A stretch of 64,000 bases of DNA from a candidate division WOR-3 bacterium (GCA_965649225.1 CBFGJX010000010.1:1-64000); one strand, 5' to 3'. Numbered from the stretch's first letter, positions 9,271 through 19,252 are shown. Numbers and translations are program-made. The notes: generated from the letters alone by a model not told the origin.

Positions 9271-10179
9271 CTAGTAGTGACTGAGCGTCCCGGACCGGCG
9301 GGTGTAGCGGTCGATGATTGCAAAGATGACCAGACCGAAGGCGACCCAGATTACCGACAGCACGGCAACGCTGAGGAAAGCCTGACCGAGGGAAAAGCCG
9401 ATCTGTTCGCCCATCAGCACATTGCGCACTACCAGAATGCCGTAGGTGGTTGGTACGGCCAGCGCGACTTTCTGCAGAAAAACGGGCAGGACGGCCAGCG
9501 GGTAGGCGATTGGCGTGACGACGACAAGGATGCTGGCCAGCGCTTCCGAAACCAGCCAGCCCTGTTTGAATATCAGGGTGGTGGAGGCCATGATCATGCC
9601 GATGCCGTAAAGCGCCACCAGCATCAGGCCGATGATTCCGAGCGAGGGCAGCAGTCCGGCCGGGTTGATGGTAATCGAGAAAACCAGCGCGATGAAGATT
9701 ATCTGGCAGGCAATCATCAGCAGCTGGTGCAGGATGGAATGGGCGGCCATGCCCATGGTGAATACCCAGCGCGGCACCGGCGCGGCGAAAACCGATTCCA
9801 GTGTGCCGTACATCTGCTCCTTCCGCAGCGAAAAGCCCATCGCCCAGAGCGCCATGTTCATGAAGCCGATAAAGACATAACCGAGGGTGATGAAGGTGAC
9901 GATGTCGCTGGTGCCGACGAGTTTCTGCAGATTGGCCGACTGACGACCGCCGACCAGTGCGACGCCGTAAAGCAGGTAAGGCAAAAGATAGACGACCGGG
10001 TCAATCAGCGAGCGGGCGAAGTCGGCCGGATAGGTCAGCTCGAGTTTCCACTCCTTGATGTTTTCGGCCCAGACCGCGTGGGCGTAGTGGCGCAGGCGGC
10101 CCCAGAATGACCGGGGAGGCGTGATAATTGCGGCGACTGCCGGCGCCGGAGCGGTGGGAGGGGATTTCGCTGCGCTCAT
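9271..10179 (-). CDS. ABC-2 type exporter permease
   Basis: Six hydrophobic segments; EQMYGTLE..F.AP motif; operon with ATPase. Confidence 0.9.
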   Translation of the reverse strand: MSAAKSPPTAPAPAVAAIITPPRSFWGRLRHYAHAVWAENIKEWKLELTYPADFARSLIDPVVYLLPYLLYGVALVGGRQSANLQKLVGTSDIVTFITLGYVFIGFMNMALWAMGFSLRKEQMYGTLESVFAAPVPRWVFTMGMAAHSILHQLLMIACQIIFIALVFSITINPAGLLPSLGIIGLMLVALYGIGMIMASTTLIFKQGWLVSEALASILVVVTPIAYPLAVLPVFLQKVALAVPTTYGILVVRNVLMGEQIGFSLGQAFLSVAVLSVIWVAFGLVIFAIIDRYTRRSGTLSHY

Positions 10180-10182
10180 CGG

Positions 10183-11013
10183 TCAGTGCATCCCGACCGT
10201 GCCGTCGCGGCGGGTCTTGCGTTCCAGCCAGACAAACAGGAAATAACCGGTCACCAGCAGGACCGCGTCCATCAGCAGCAGGATTGCGACGATGCGACCG
10301 AGGTTCACCTCGGAGCGGCCGAGCATGATGATCGTGCGGATGGCAACCAGCGCCCAGGTGAGCGGTATCAGGGTGGAGACGATGCGGGTTATCGGATGAA
10401 CCTGAACCGGATAGCGGATGGGCGAGAAGAGAAAGAAAACCCACTCCAGCGTGTGAATGTAGCCGTGGACTTCCTTGATGAGCAGGGTAAAGCCGGCAAA
10501 GGCGATGGCAAAGCCGTAGAAGCCCAGCATCAGCAGGGCAACAATCAGCAGCACCGGCAGAATCTTGGCCAGACTGAGGTGGATGCCAAAGGGCAGAATG
10601 CTGATGACCGCGGCCTGAACCGCAACAATCGCGCTGGTGAGCAGTGCCTCGGCCAGCGTCTTGCCGACCAGAATCACCAGCGGGTTGGTGGGCGAGGCGA
10701 TGATATACTCCATCGTGCCCCAGTAGGTTTCTTCGCGCAGCGAGTTGCCTACTCCCCAGAGCCCGGAGAAGATGAAGTTCGACACCATCGCCCCGATGAG
10801 AACAAAGGCCATGTAGTTACCTGAGCCGGTGAGGTCGCGGAACGCCGGGCTGTCGAGCGAGCCGACCATTGCCCGGCCCTGAAACACGAACGGCACTACC
10901 CAGAGCAGGGGGAAAATCGCCCAGAACACCACCATTATCGGATAGGACAGCCAGATACGCCAGGTCTTGATCATCTCGGCCCGGATGACGGCAGCGGTCG
11001 CGGCAATGCCCAT
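10183..11013 (-). CDS. ABC-2 type exporter permease
   Basis: Hydrophobic; ETYWGTMEYIIASP; paralogous to neighbour. Confidence 0.9.
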   Translation of the reverse strand: MGIAATAAVIRAEMIKTWRIWLSYPIMVVFWAIFPLLWVVPFVFQGRAMVGSLDSPAFRDLTGSGNYMAFVLIGAMVSNFIFSGLWGVGNSLREETYWGTMEYIIASPTNPLVILVGKTLAEALLTSAIVAVQAAVISILPFGIHLSLAKILPVLLIVALLMLGFYGFAIAFAGFTLLIKEVHGYIHTLEWVFFLFSPIRYPVQVHPITRIVSTLIPLTWALVAIRTIIMLGRSEVNLGRIVAILLLMDAVLLVTGYFLFVWLERKTRRDGTVGMH

Positions 11014-11025
11014 CGCCGGTTGCCC

Positions 11026-12045
11026 TTACCCGGCCTCCGGTCCGGTCTCGCTGGTGTCCGCGCCGAGCGAAGTGCCGGTGACATAGAGGAACACGTCCTC
11101 CAATGTCGGCTGCTTGACCTCGATGCCGAGAATCTTCGACGACTGGCGCAGGTGCTCGATGACATCGGAGAGAATCGTCTCGGCGCGCGCGGCCACGACC
11201 TTGAGCCGGGTGACGCCATCGGCGAACTCGGCCGCGACGCGCTCCACCCCGGCCAGCCTTTCGATCGGCGCGGTGTCGGGCCGGCCCTGACAGCGTATCT
11301 CCAGCACTTCGGTGTGCGGGATATCGCGCTTGTACTGCGCCGGCGGCTTGCAGTCGACAATTTTGCCCTTGTTGATGAACGCGATGCGGTCGCAGAGCTC
11401 GTCGGCTTCGTCCATATAGTGCGTGGTCAGAAGAATGGTCTTGCCTTGTTTGCGGTTGAGTTCATCCTTGATGAAGCCGCGGATGAACCGGGCAAACTGC
11501 GGGTCGAGCCCGAGCGACGGTTCGTCCAGGAGAATCAGCTCCGGGTCGTGCAGAATGGCGCGCGCGAGGCTGACCTTCTGTTTCATTCCCGACGAGTAGC
11601 GCTCGAGCCGCTCGCGTTCGACTTCTTTCAGGCCGAGCAGCTCGATGAGGTAGTCAATGCGCTTGTCGCGGGCCTTGCCGGTCAGGCCGTAGAGCGCGGC
11701 GAAGAAGTTGAGGTTGTCGCGCGCCGAGAGTTTCCAGTAGAGCGTCCGCTCGCCCGAGGTCAGCAGGCCGGTGCGCGCTCGGCAGTACATCGAGTCCTTG
11801 AAAGCGTCGCGGCCGAGAACGGTGATCGTGCCTTCGTCGGGAATCAGCAGGGTGGCGATACAGCGTACGAGAGTGGTCTTGCCCGCGCCGTTTGGGCCCA
11901 AAAGGCCGAAAAGCTCGCCGCGCTTTATCTGCAGGTTCGCGCCGTCCACCGCGCGCGTTACCTTCTTCTTCAGGCCCCGGCCGCGGCGGAAGTTCTTCAC
12001 GACCGCGCGGCAATCCAGGGCCAGCTCGCTCAGCTCGTCGTTCAT
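11026..12045 (-). CDS. ABC transporter ATP-binding protein (DrrA-like)
   Basis: Walker A GPNGAGKTT, signature YSSGMKQK, Walker B ILLDEP, TTHYMDEA, PTLEDVFL. Confidence 0.95.
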   Translation of the reverse strand: MNDELSELALDCRAVVKNFRRGRGLKKKVTRAVDGANLQIKRGELFGLLGPNGAGKTTLVRCIATLLIPDEGTITVLGRDAFKDSMYCRARTGLLTSGERTLYWKLSARDNLNFFAALYGLTGKARDKRIDYLIELLGLKEVERERLERYSSGMKQKVSLARAILHDPELILLDEPSLGLDPQFARFIRGFIKDELNRKQGKTILLTTHYMDEADELCDRIAFINKGKIVDCKPPAQYKRDIPHTEVLEIRCQGRPDTAPIERLAGVERVAAEFADGVTRLKVVAARAETILSDVIEHLRQSSKILGIEVKQPTLEDVFLYVTGTSLGADTSETGPEAG

Positions 12046-12056
12046 AGAGAGTGGCA

Positions 12057-12085
12057 ATCATACGGCCGAACCCCGCGCCGGTCAA
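12057..12085 (-). promoter_or_regulatory. Sigma70-like promoter for ABC operon
   Basis: TTGACC-N17-TATGAT, 11 nt before ATG 12045. Confidence 0.6.
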
Positions 12086-12218
12086 TTCCGCGGGCTGCGG
12101 GTGGTCAGGTCGTGGGTAGGCGCGGTGGGCTGTGATAGAGCATCGCTGGAACTCGAAACGTCACCACGCCGAAACCCGAGAAACGCCCCTTTGATTCGTT
12201 GACTAGGTTCTTCAGAGT

Positions 12219-12860
12219 TCAGCGCCCCGGCATTCCCGCAATGTACCCGTTGACGTCTAAGCGCTCAGCCAACTTCCTTCCGTTCCGCTCGTGAACTGCG
12301 AGGTAGATGATAGTCAGATCGTTGGCCTGATTCACCTTGGCGAAGTAGTCTGATTCGCGCTCTCTCGTCGTGGCAAAAACGACGAAGTACTTACGGTCGG
12401 CCTCGCGAGCGCATCGTAGTTTGAACATATCAAAGGCAATCTCGTGCTGGAAGTGGGAACCGTGCTTGGTGATGTACTTGAACTCAACCGCAGCAATGAG
12501 GCTACCGGTTGCGCCGCTACATGCCTTGATATCTCTGTTTGCCACGGTCTTGAAGGTGTTGGCCTGCACGAAATCGGGGTTCAGAATGGCTAGGTCATAC
12601 CGGGCCCTGCGTCCTTTGGGATCAAGCGAGACGGTCTTTCTACAAAAACGCTCGATAGTGGGATACTCGGGGTGGAGCAGTATGGTTTTGACGCCATCAC
12701 TAGTTGGGTACGTCTTGGTGAACTGGGGTTGCCGGTAGAACCGGTGGAAGCAGTAGCCATGGAACTCGTGTTCGTTGAAGAACATGCCCGGCGTCTCAAA
12801 GAACTTCTGAGCAGTCGCACGCAGGCAGTCTTCTACAAGTCCGATCAGATCTCGATGCAT
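12219..12860 (-). CDS. Hypothetical protein, probable PD-(D/E)XK nuclease fold
   Basis: N-terminal E helix, HPEYP, RYDLAIL...AAVEFK pattern; own TTGACG-N17-TACGAT promoter (12900-12928) and GGAGG RBS; visibly more AT-rich than flanks. Confidence 0.6.
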   Translation of the reverse strand: MHRDLIGLVEDCLRATAQKFFETPGMFFNEHEFHGYCFHRFYRQPQFTKTYPTSDGVKTILLHPEYPTIERFCRKTVSLDPKGRRARYDLAILNPDFVQANTFKTVANRDIKACSGATGSLIAAVEFKYITKHGSHFQHEIAFDMFKLRCAREADRKYFVVFATTRERESDYFAKVNQANDLTIIYLAVHERNGRKLAERLDVNGYIAGMPGR

Positions 12861-13755
12861 GGAATGACCTCCGTATCTGTGCCAGCACGGATCTTGCGCA
12901 TCGTAGCCGCCAGGGACTGGCCCGTCAATCGAACTCGACGGCGCCTCGACTCTCGGGTGCGTTGTCGAGGGGCTAAGCCGGTAAAGCTAATACCTGTCCA
13001 CACATCCGCCCCGAAGGCGTTCAAGGCCGCGCTTCCACAATACGTAGTGGTCCGTGACGGAGAGCCACTAGAAATCTAGCTTCCGGGCCTTTTCCAGTTT
13101 TTCAACTTCCAGCAAGTCGCTATCTGTTTGCCGGCAGTTCAGTTGGGCGATTTTGCCCATCAATCTGCCACACTCGCTTTGAGAAGTGAGCGGTCTTTTT
13201 AGTATTAATATGTGTCGGCTTGTTATGTCGAATGGCAGATGGTATCGGATTCTGCAACTCATTCGGCCGGTATGGCGCGGGGCCGCTTGTGCAGTGGGCA
13301 GTAGTGTGTGTCAATGGGCCACCAGGATCCGTTTCACCGGGCAGGCACTCTGTCCGACGGCCACTGGGATACTACCGGTAGTGGCCAACAGAGATTATCA
13401 CTACAAACCCACGCCGGGGCGGTTTTCAGACTTTTCATCTCGGCTCAAGTTGCTATTTGGTTGACCGATTGCGGGTTGCACGAAAATTGGCAATGACGCA
13501 GCCAGAAGCCGGATTTACAAAATGGCCTTGGCGGTCATAACAATAGTGACGGTGTGAAGTTGCCGGGCTTTCGCCCGCTGAATGCTGCGGATTTGCGCTG
13601 AAGCAGCCGACACAATCAGGTAATTCTCGGCCCGGGCCGAACAGGCGGCCCCGGGTTTTGCGGCGCCGGCATGGCGCCGATGGTGGCCGGCCGCTGTTTT
13701 GCGGCAGACGGCGGCCGGCGTGACGAAATGCCGCCGATAATATGGGAGGTGGTTC

Positions 13756-15207
13756 GTGCAGAACGGAGAAAATACCGAACCGGCAGTCAAGCCGTATCGG
13801 AGCACGATGGAATATATCAACGGGCTGCGGCGGGTGGTTTGGGCGCGGCGGGGTTTGAACGAAGCGCTGTTTCGAAATTCCGACCCCAGCTGCAGTGTCG
13901 TCGAGGCCGGGGAGGTGCTGATTGAACCGGATAAAGAGAAAGTCGAAGCGTTGGAACGGGAGCACCGCGAGGCGCTCGACGAGCACAACCGCCGGGTGGA
14001 ATGCAGTGTTCGTGAAGGGATAGTGCTGCCGCTGGATGAGCTGGCCGCGCAGCATGAATTGTCAGCCGCGGAACGCCGGCTGGTGGAGATGCTGCTCGTC
14101 GAGATGACCGACCTGACCGAGGACCGGGACCGGTATGACCCGATCCGTCTGGCGACGGTCGCGCGGCTGGCCGGCGACTGGGACCAGGCGGCGACACAGG
14201 AATGCTTTAATCTGGTGCTGCCCGGCAGCAAGCTGGTTGCGCGCAAGCTGGTAGAAGTCAAAGCGAGACTGCATGCGAACCAGTGGACGGTGGCGTTGAC
14301 CCGACCGGTAATGGAAATGCTGCTGGGCGGCCGAGCGCAGGAGGAAACCCCGGCGCCGGCTGAGCCGCAACCCCGGCGCCGGGCGGACAACATCGCGGCG
14401 GCGCTGGATGAAAGGGGGGTTGTTCTGGAGCCCGGAGCAGTCACGGCGCTGGAGCTGCTGTGGGCCGAGGTGCGGTTCCGGGAGCGGGTGATGACCGAAT
14501 GGGGCTTTGCTGCCAGCGGTGCACCGCGCGCGGTTGCCGCGCTGTTTTACGGGCCGTCGGGTACCGGCAAGACGATGACGGCACAGGTAATTGCCGATGC
14601 GCTGGGAACCGAGCTGGTTGTCGCGAGCTATGCCGAGATTTTCGACAAGTATGTCGGCGAGACCGAAAAGGCAATCGTGGGTATGTTTGCCGAGGCGCGG
14701 CGGAAGTCGGCGGTACTGCTGGTTGATGAGGCCGATGCCCTAGTCGGCAAGCGCGGCACCATCGACCGCGCAGTTGACCGGCATCTCAACGGCGAAGTGA
14801 ACACGTTTCTGATGGAACTGGAACGGCACACCGGAGTGGTAGTCCTGACGACCAATCACAGCGACCTGTTTGATTCGGCGCTGGAGAGGAGAGTCAGACA
14901 CAGGGTGCTGTTTGCCATGCCGGGGCCCGAGCTGCGTTCACGTATCTGGCGTTCACGTATCCCGGCCGCCGCGCCGCTGGCCGAGGACGTTGATTTCACC
15001 GAACTGGGCAGTCAGTTTGAACTCACTGGCGGGCAGATTGCCAATGCCGCGCTGGTGGCGGCGTTTGCGGCTGCGGCCCGGGCCGAGAGCGGCGGGCCGG
15101 CGGTAATTACCATGGCCGACCTGCAGTCGGCGGCGGCGGCCGAGCGGCGGGGCTACTACCAGCGCCGGACAGTTGCCATCGGTTTCGCTGACTGCAGCAA
15201 GTCGTGA
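13756..15207 (+). CDS. AAA+ ATPase (SpoVK/Vps4-like) with N-terminal helical domain
   Basis: Walker A YGPSGTGKT, KYVGETEK, Walker B LLVDEAD, TTN, D.ALERR, LTGGQIAN; GGAGG RBS before GTG. Confidence 0.9.
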   Translation: MQNGENTEPAVKPYRSTMEYINGLRRVVWARRGLNEALFRNSDPSCSVVEAGEVLIEPDKEKVEALEREHREALDEHNRRVECSVREGIVLPLDELAAQHELSAAERRLVEMLLVEMTDLTEDRDRYDPIRLATVARLAGDWDQAATQECFNLVLPGSKLVARKLVEVKARLHANQWTVALTRPVMEMLLGGRAQEETPAPAEPQPRRRADNIAAALDERGVVLEPGAVTALELLWAEVRFRERVMTEWGFAASGAPRAVAALFYGPSGTGKTMTAQVIADALGTELVVASYAEIFDKYVGETEKAIVGMFAEARRKSAVLLVDEADALVGKRGTIDRAVDRHLNGEVNTFLMELERHTGVVVLTTNHSDLFDSALERRVRHRVLFAMPGPELRSRIWRSRIPAAAPLAEDVDFTELGSQFELTGGQIANAALVAAFAAAARAESGGPAVITMADLQSAAAAERRGYYQRRTVAIGFADCSKS

Positions 15208-15235
15208 GCGGGTGGGTTGGCGCGGGCGCCGGGCG

Positions 15236-16363
15236 CTAGGCCCGGTGCCCGCGACCGACGGTTCGCTCGATGAGGGCGAGCATGTCGTCGGCAGCCTTGT
15301 CCCAGGTCCACTGGCGGGCCCAGTCGACGGCCTGACGACCAAGCTTCTGGCGCAGCGGTTCGTCGGTCAGCAGTCGCTCGAGCTTTTCGGCCAGCGCCGG
15401 GATGTCGCCGTAGGGGTAAACCAGGCCGTTGACACCGTCACGGGACGAGTCGCGCAGCCCGGGCGAATCGGCGACGACCACCGGTGTGCCACAGCCGTTG
15501 GCTTCCATCACAATCAGCCCCCAGCCTTCCTTGACCGAGTTTTCGACCAGCACCGCCGCGCGGCGGTACCAGGCGACTTTTTCCGCTTCGGGAATGAAGC
15601 CGGTGAACTGCACCGCATCGCCGAGGTTGAGTCTGGCCGCCAGTGCCGTAAGGCGCGGCCGGTCGTCGCCATCGCCGACGATTACGACCTTGAACCTGCG
15701 GCCGCGGTCGAGCAGCAGCCGGGCTGCGCGGAGCAGGTGGTCAACCGATTTGTACTTCTTGAGCCGGCCGACGTGGAGGACAATCGGAACCGGCGTTGGT
15801 GGCTCCGGCGGGCGGGTGCCGGGGGTGAAGCGGCTGAAGTCGGTGCCGGGCGGAATCACGGTGATGTGTTCGGCGGGGATGCCGACCGCGATCGTGTCGG
15901 CTTTGGAGCTTTCCGAGAGTACGGCGAACAGACAGTTCCGGTATGCGAGCGGAATGGCGGTCTCGGCCAGCCAGACATAGGCGGCCAGCGGCGGAATCGT
16001 TTCTTTGAAAATCGAGCCGCGGAACAGATGCATCAGTATCGCCAGCACCGGTTTGCGCGTGCGCCAGGGCGAGTAGAACGGAATCTTGTTGAGGTCGTCA
16101 ATGACGATGTCATAGTTGCCCTCGGCGCTAACTGCCGGCAGGGCGCGCCAGACCGCGAAGTTGAAGGTGCTCCGGCCACCCAGACGCCGGATTCGGATGC
16201 CGTCCAGACATTCATCGGCGACTGACCCGGGATAGCGCTCGGCAAGCTGGGTGACTTCGTGGCCGCGGGCAGCGATGCGACGGAAGATTTCCTGAGCATA
16301 AATCTCGGCACCGCCGGCGAGCGGGTTCTTGATGCAGCGCCAGTTGATCAGCAGGATTCTCAT
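15236..16363 (-). CDS. Glycosyltransferase family 4
   Basis: GGAE N-terminal motif, VGRLKKYK, EGWGLIVMEANGCGTPVV. Confidence 0.92.
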   Translation of the reverse strand: MRILLINWRCIKNPLAGGAEIYAQEIFRRIAARGHEVTQLAERYPGSVADECLDGIRIRRLGGRSTFNFAVWRALPAVSAEGNYDIVIDDLNKIPFYSPWRTRKPVLAILMHLFRGSIFKETIPPLAAYVWLAETAIPLAYRNCLFAVLSESSKADTIAVGIPAEHITVIPPGTDFSRFTPGTRPPEPPTPVPIVLHVGRLKKYKSVDHLLRAARLLLDRGRRFKVVIVGDGDDRPRLTALAARLNLGDAVQFTGFIPEAEKVAWYRRAAVLVENSVKEGWGLIVMEANGCGTPVVVADSPGLRDSSRDGVNGLVYPYGDIPALAEKLERLLTDEPLRQKLGRQAVDWARQWTWDKAADDMLALIERTVGRGHRA

Positions 16364-16372
16364 CGCCGGGCC

Positions 16373-16459
16373 ATCTTATGTCGGTGGGCAGAGAGCGTCA
16401 AGGCGATTGTGCGGCGGTGGCGGCACGGGGGTTGACTGGCGGCAGTTGTGGCCTATATT
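16373..16459. promoter_or_regulatory. Divergent sigma70-like promoters
   Basis: Minus: TTGACG-N17-TAAGAT 9 nt before ATG 16363; plus: TTGACT-N16-TATATT at 16432-16459. Confidence 0.6.
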
Positions 16460-16492
16460 CATCCGACTGGTAATTCCGCAGGGAGCGACGAT

Positions 16493-17416
16493 ATGAAATT
16501 TTCCCGGCCAGCCGGCATTGCGCTGCTGCTCGTACTGACGGCAGTTGCCGCCGGTCCGGTGGCAAAGTCGGCTTTGCGGATTGTGGTGTTTTCCGATGAC
16601 CCGCAAAGAGCCCGTGAGCTGCTGGTGAAGCTGGCGGCGCGCGGTTACAGCAACCGCGACAACACGGTCCATCCCAACCCGAACCGGGAGTTCAATATCA
16701 AATACGGCGCCGCGCCGTTTCCATACATCGAGGAAATCGCCACTTACACCGAAGGGCGCTACGATGTCGAGCTACGCCGGAGCCGTGAGTTCGACTCCAC
16801 CGATACCGACGTGTTCATCAATCTGCCGTTCGCGACCCGGGCCGGCACCAACGCCGACCGGGCCCGGCTGCGGATTGTGGTGCTGACCGAGGATGTCGAG
16901 CAGGGGGAGGCCCTGCTGGCGGTGCTGGCCGAACTTGGCTACACGAACAAGGACAACCGTGTCGATGAGGCCGTGCCGGAGGATGCCGAGCTGCTTTATG
17001 GTTCGGCCGCGCCGGCCGTGATTGACGAGCTGAGCGAGGTCGTTCTGGAAGAGACCGATATCGAACTGGCGCCACTGCGGTTGTTTGAGCCGGACGACGA
17101 CGATGTGTTTATCAGTCTGCCCGCCGTTGACCGGCCGCCGACCCGTAGCCGGATCCGGCTGACGGTTTTTGCCGTCAACCAGAAGGCCGGGGCGGAGGCG
17201 CTTTCCCTTTTGGCCGGTCTGGGTTACACCAACCGGCTCAATGAGGTGCTGGGCAACCCCAAGGCTACGGCAACGATTTCCTATGGTGCCTGTCCGGCCG
17301 AGTATATTGCCGAGATGCAGACAGCACTGGAACGCCACTACCGCCGGCGGTTCGTGCCGGTGCAGGAATTCGGCGCCGACCGGCACAAAGTCTTTATCAA
17401 TATCCCGAAGAACTAG
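16493..17416 (+). CDS. Secreted protein with three tandem ~85-aa repeats (LytR_C-like)
   Basis: Signal peptide; three copies of LRIVV...L..LGY.N..N.V......I.YG......E......F....DVFI.LP. Confidence 0.7.
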   Translation: MKFSRPAGIALLLVLTAVAAGPVAKSALRIVVFSDDPQRARELLVKLAARGYSNRDNTVHPNPNREFNIKYGAAPFPYIEEIATYTEGRYDVELRRSREFDSTDTDVFINLPFATRAGTNADRARLRIVVLTEDVEQGEALLAVLAELGYTNKDNRVDEAVPEDAELLYGSAAPAVIDELSEVVLEETDIELAPLRLFEPDDDDVFISLPAVDRPPTRSRIRLTVFAVNQKAGAEALSLLAGLGYTNRLNEVLGNPKATATISYGACPAEYIAEMQTALERHYRRRFVPVQEFGADRHKVFINIPKN

Positions 17417-17436
17417 CCGACGCTTTCTGTTCGGAT

Positions 17437-17464
17437 TTGACTTGACCGGCGTCGCGGTTATGCT
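17437..17464 (+). promoter_or_regulatory. Sigma70-like promoter about 230 nt upstream of pruA
   Basis: TTGACT-N16-TATGCT. Confidence 0.55.
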
Positions 17465-17694
17465 GTCGGCGTCAGACAAGCCGGGCGTCCAGGGCCGTAA
17501 CGCCCTTTTTCAGAGAAAGTTACCCGGCAACGGCGGTCGCTCTGAATCGTCCTGGCGCCAGACCGGCGGCGCGTTGCGGCCGCGCGGCTGTCCTCTGTGA
17601 CAGCGGCCCGGATTCATCAGCCGTTGCGATAAGAAAAGCAGCAGGTCCGCTGCGGTGGACCGGAATCAAGCCGACTTATTGCAGGAGGCGCAGG

Positions 17695-19239
17695 ATGTTA
17701 CCCAAGTTCGCCAACGAGCCGTACCTTGACTTTGCCAAACCGGAAAATCAGCAGGGCATGAAGAATGCCATCGCCCGACTGAAGGAACAGTCGGAGCGGG
17801 AGTGGATGCTGGTTATCGACGGCAAGAAACTCAAGGCCAAAGAACAGTTTCGTTCGTACAATCCCTCCGACAAGTCCTCGATCGGGTTGTTCCAGCGGGC
17901 GACGGTGAAGGAGGCCGAGCTGGCGCTGAAGGCGGCGCTGAAGGCGTTTGAAACCTGGCGTTTCATGCCGGCAATCGAGCGGGCGGCGATATTCTTCCGG
18001 GCGGCACGGATAATGCGTCAGCGCCGGTTTGAATTCGATGCGGCAATGGTGCTGGAAGAGGGCAAGAACTGGCTCGAGGCCGATGCCGACTTCGCCGAGG
18101 CGGTGGATTTCCTCGAGTTCTACGGCCGCGAGGCAATCCGTTACGACCAGCCCGTCGGCGTGACACCCTACCCGGGTGAGGCGCAGGAGGTACGTTATAT
18201 CCCGCTCGGCGTCGGCGTCGTGATTCCGCCCTGGAATTTCCCGTGCGCGATTATGGCCGGGATGACGACCGCGGCGGCAGTCGCCGGCAATACGGTGGTG
18301 CTGAAGCCGTCGTCGGATGCGCCGCTGCTGGCGGCGATGTTTGTTGAGGTGCTCGAGGCTGCCGGGTTGCCGCCGGGAGTGGTGAATCTGCTGACCGGGC
18401 CGGGCGGAGCGGTTGGTGACTGGCTGGTTGATCACCCCAAGACCCGGTTTATCTCGTTTACCGGGTCAAAGGAAGTCGGATTGCGGATTATCGAGCGGGC
18501 GGCGAAAACTTCGCCGGGCCAGATCTGGATCAAACGGGTCGTGGCCGAAATGGGCGGCAAGGACTGCATCATCGTCGATTCCGATGCGGACCTGGATGAT
18601 GCCGCACTGGGGATTGTCGTTTCGGCGTTCGGTTTCCAGGGACAGAAATGCTCGGCCTGTTCCCGGGCAATCATCGACGCCAAGGTCTATGACGAGATGA
18701 TTGACCGGGTGGTTGCGCTGACGAAAAAGTACCACATCGGGCCGACTGAAGACCAGAAGAACTGGCTCGGGCCGGTAATCAACGAGAAGGCCTTCAATTC
18801 CATCATGGGCTACATCGAGGTCGGCAAGAAAGAGGGCCGGCTGGTGTATGGCGGCCGGCGCGGACCGGAGGGAGGCTGGTTCATTCAGCCGACGATCATC
18901 GCCGACGTCAAACGCAACGCCCGGATTGCCCAGGAAGAGATTTTCGGGCCGGTGCTGGCAGTCATCAAGGCGCGGAATTACTCGGATGCACTGGCGATTG
19001 CCAACGGTACCGAGTACGGCCTGACCGGTGCGGTTTACACCCGCGACCGGGAGAAGATCTGGCGCGCCAAGCGCGAGTTTCATGTCGGCAACATGTACAT
19101 CAACCGCAAGTGCACCGGTGCGCTGGTCGATGTGCAGCCGTTTGGCGGATTCAACATGTCGGGCACCGACTCCAAGGCCGGCGGCCGGGACTACCTGCTG
19201 TTGTTCCTGCAGGCGAAGTCAATGACGGAGCGGTTCTAG
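17695..19239 (+). CDS. pruA: L-glutamate gamma-semialdehyde (P5C) dehydrogenase
   Basis: FANEP start, PWNFP, FTGS, AEMGGKD, FQGQKCSACS, EEIFGPV, GTDSKAGG..YL. Confidence 0.95.
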   Translation: MLPKFANEPYLDFAKPENQQGMKNAIARLKEQSEREWMLVIDGKKLKAKEQFRSYNPSDKSSIGLFQRATVKEAELALKAALKAFETWRFMPAIERAAIFFRAARIMRQRRFEFDAAMVLEEGKNWLEADADFAEAVDFLEFYGREAIRYDQPVGVTPYPGEAQEVRYIPLGVGVVIPPWNFPCAIMAGMTTAAAVAGNTVVLKPSSDAPLLAAMFVEVLEAAGLPPGVVNLLTGPGGAVGDWLVDHPKTRFISFTGSKEVGLRIIERAAKTSPGQIWIKRVVAEMGGKDCIIVDSDADLDDAALGIVVSAFGFQGQKCSACSRAIIDAKVYDEMIDRVVALTKKYHIGPTEDQKNWLGPVINEKAFNSIMGYIEVGKKEGRLVYGGRRGPEGGWFIQPTIIADVKRNARIAQEEIFGPVLAVIKARNYSDALAIANGTEYGLTGAVYTRDREKIWRAKREFHVGNMYINRKCTGALVDVQPFGGFNMSGTDSKAGGRDYLLLFLQAKSMTERF

Positions 19240-19252
19240 CCGGGAGGAAACA

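Noticed and set aside
12120..12218. attC site making the 12219-12860 gene an integron cassette
   Set aside because: No RYYYAAC...GTTRRRY paired core found, and the gene has its own promoter
13080..13260. AT-rich stretch as a CRISPR leader
   Set aside because: No adjacent direct repeats and no cas genes
17465..17694. T-box or SRP RNA
   Set aside because: GGTGGACC lacks a base of the UGGNACC bulge and sits in a simple hairpin; no SRP GGAA-loop/AGCAG motif; kept only as an unassigned structured leader
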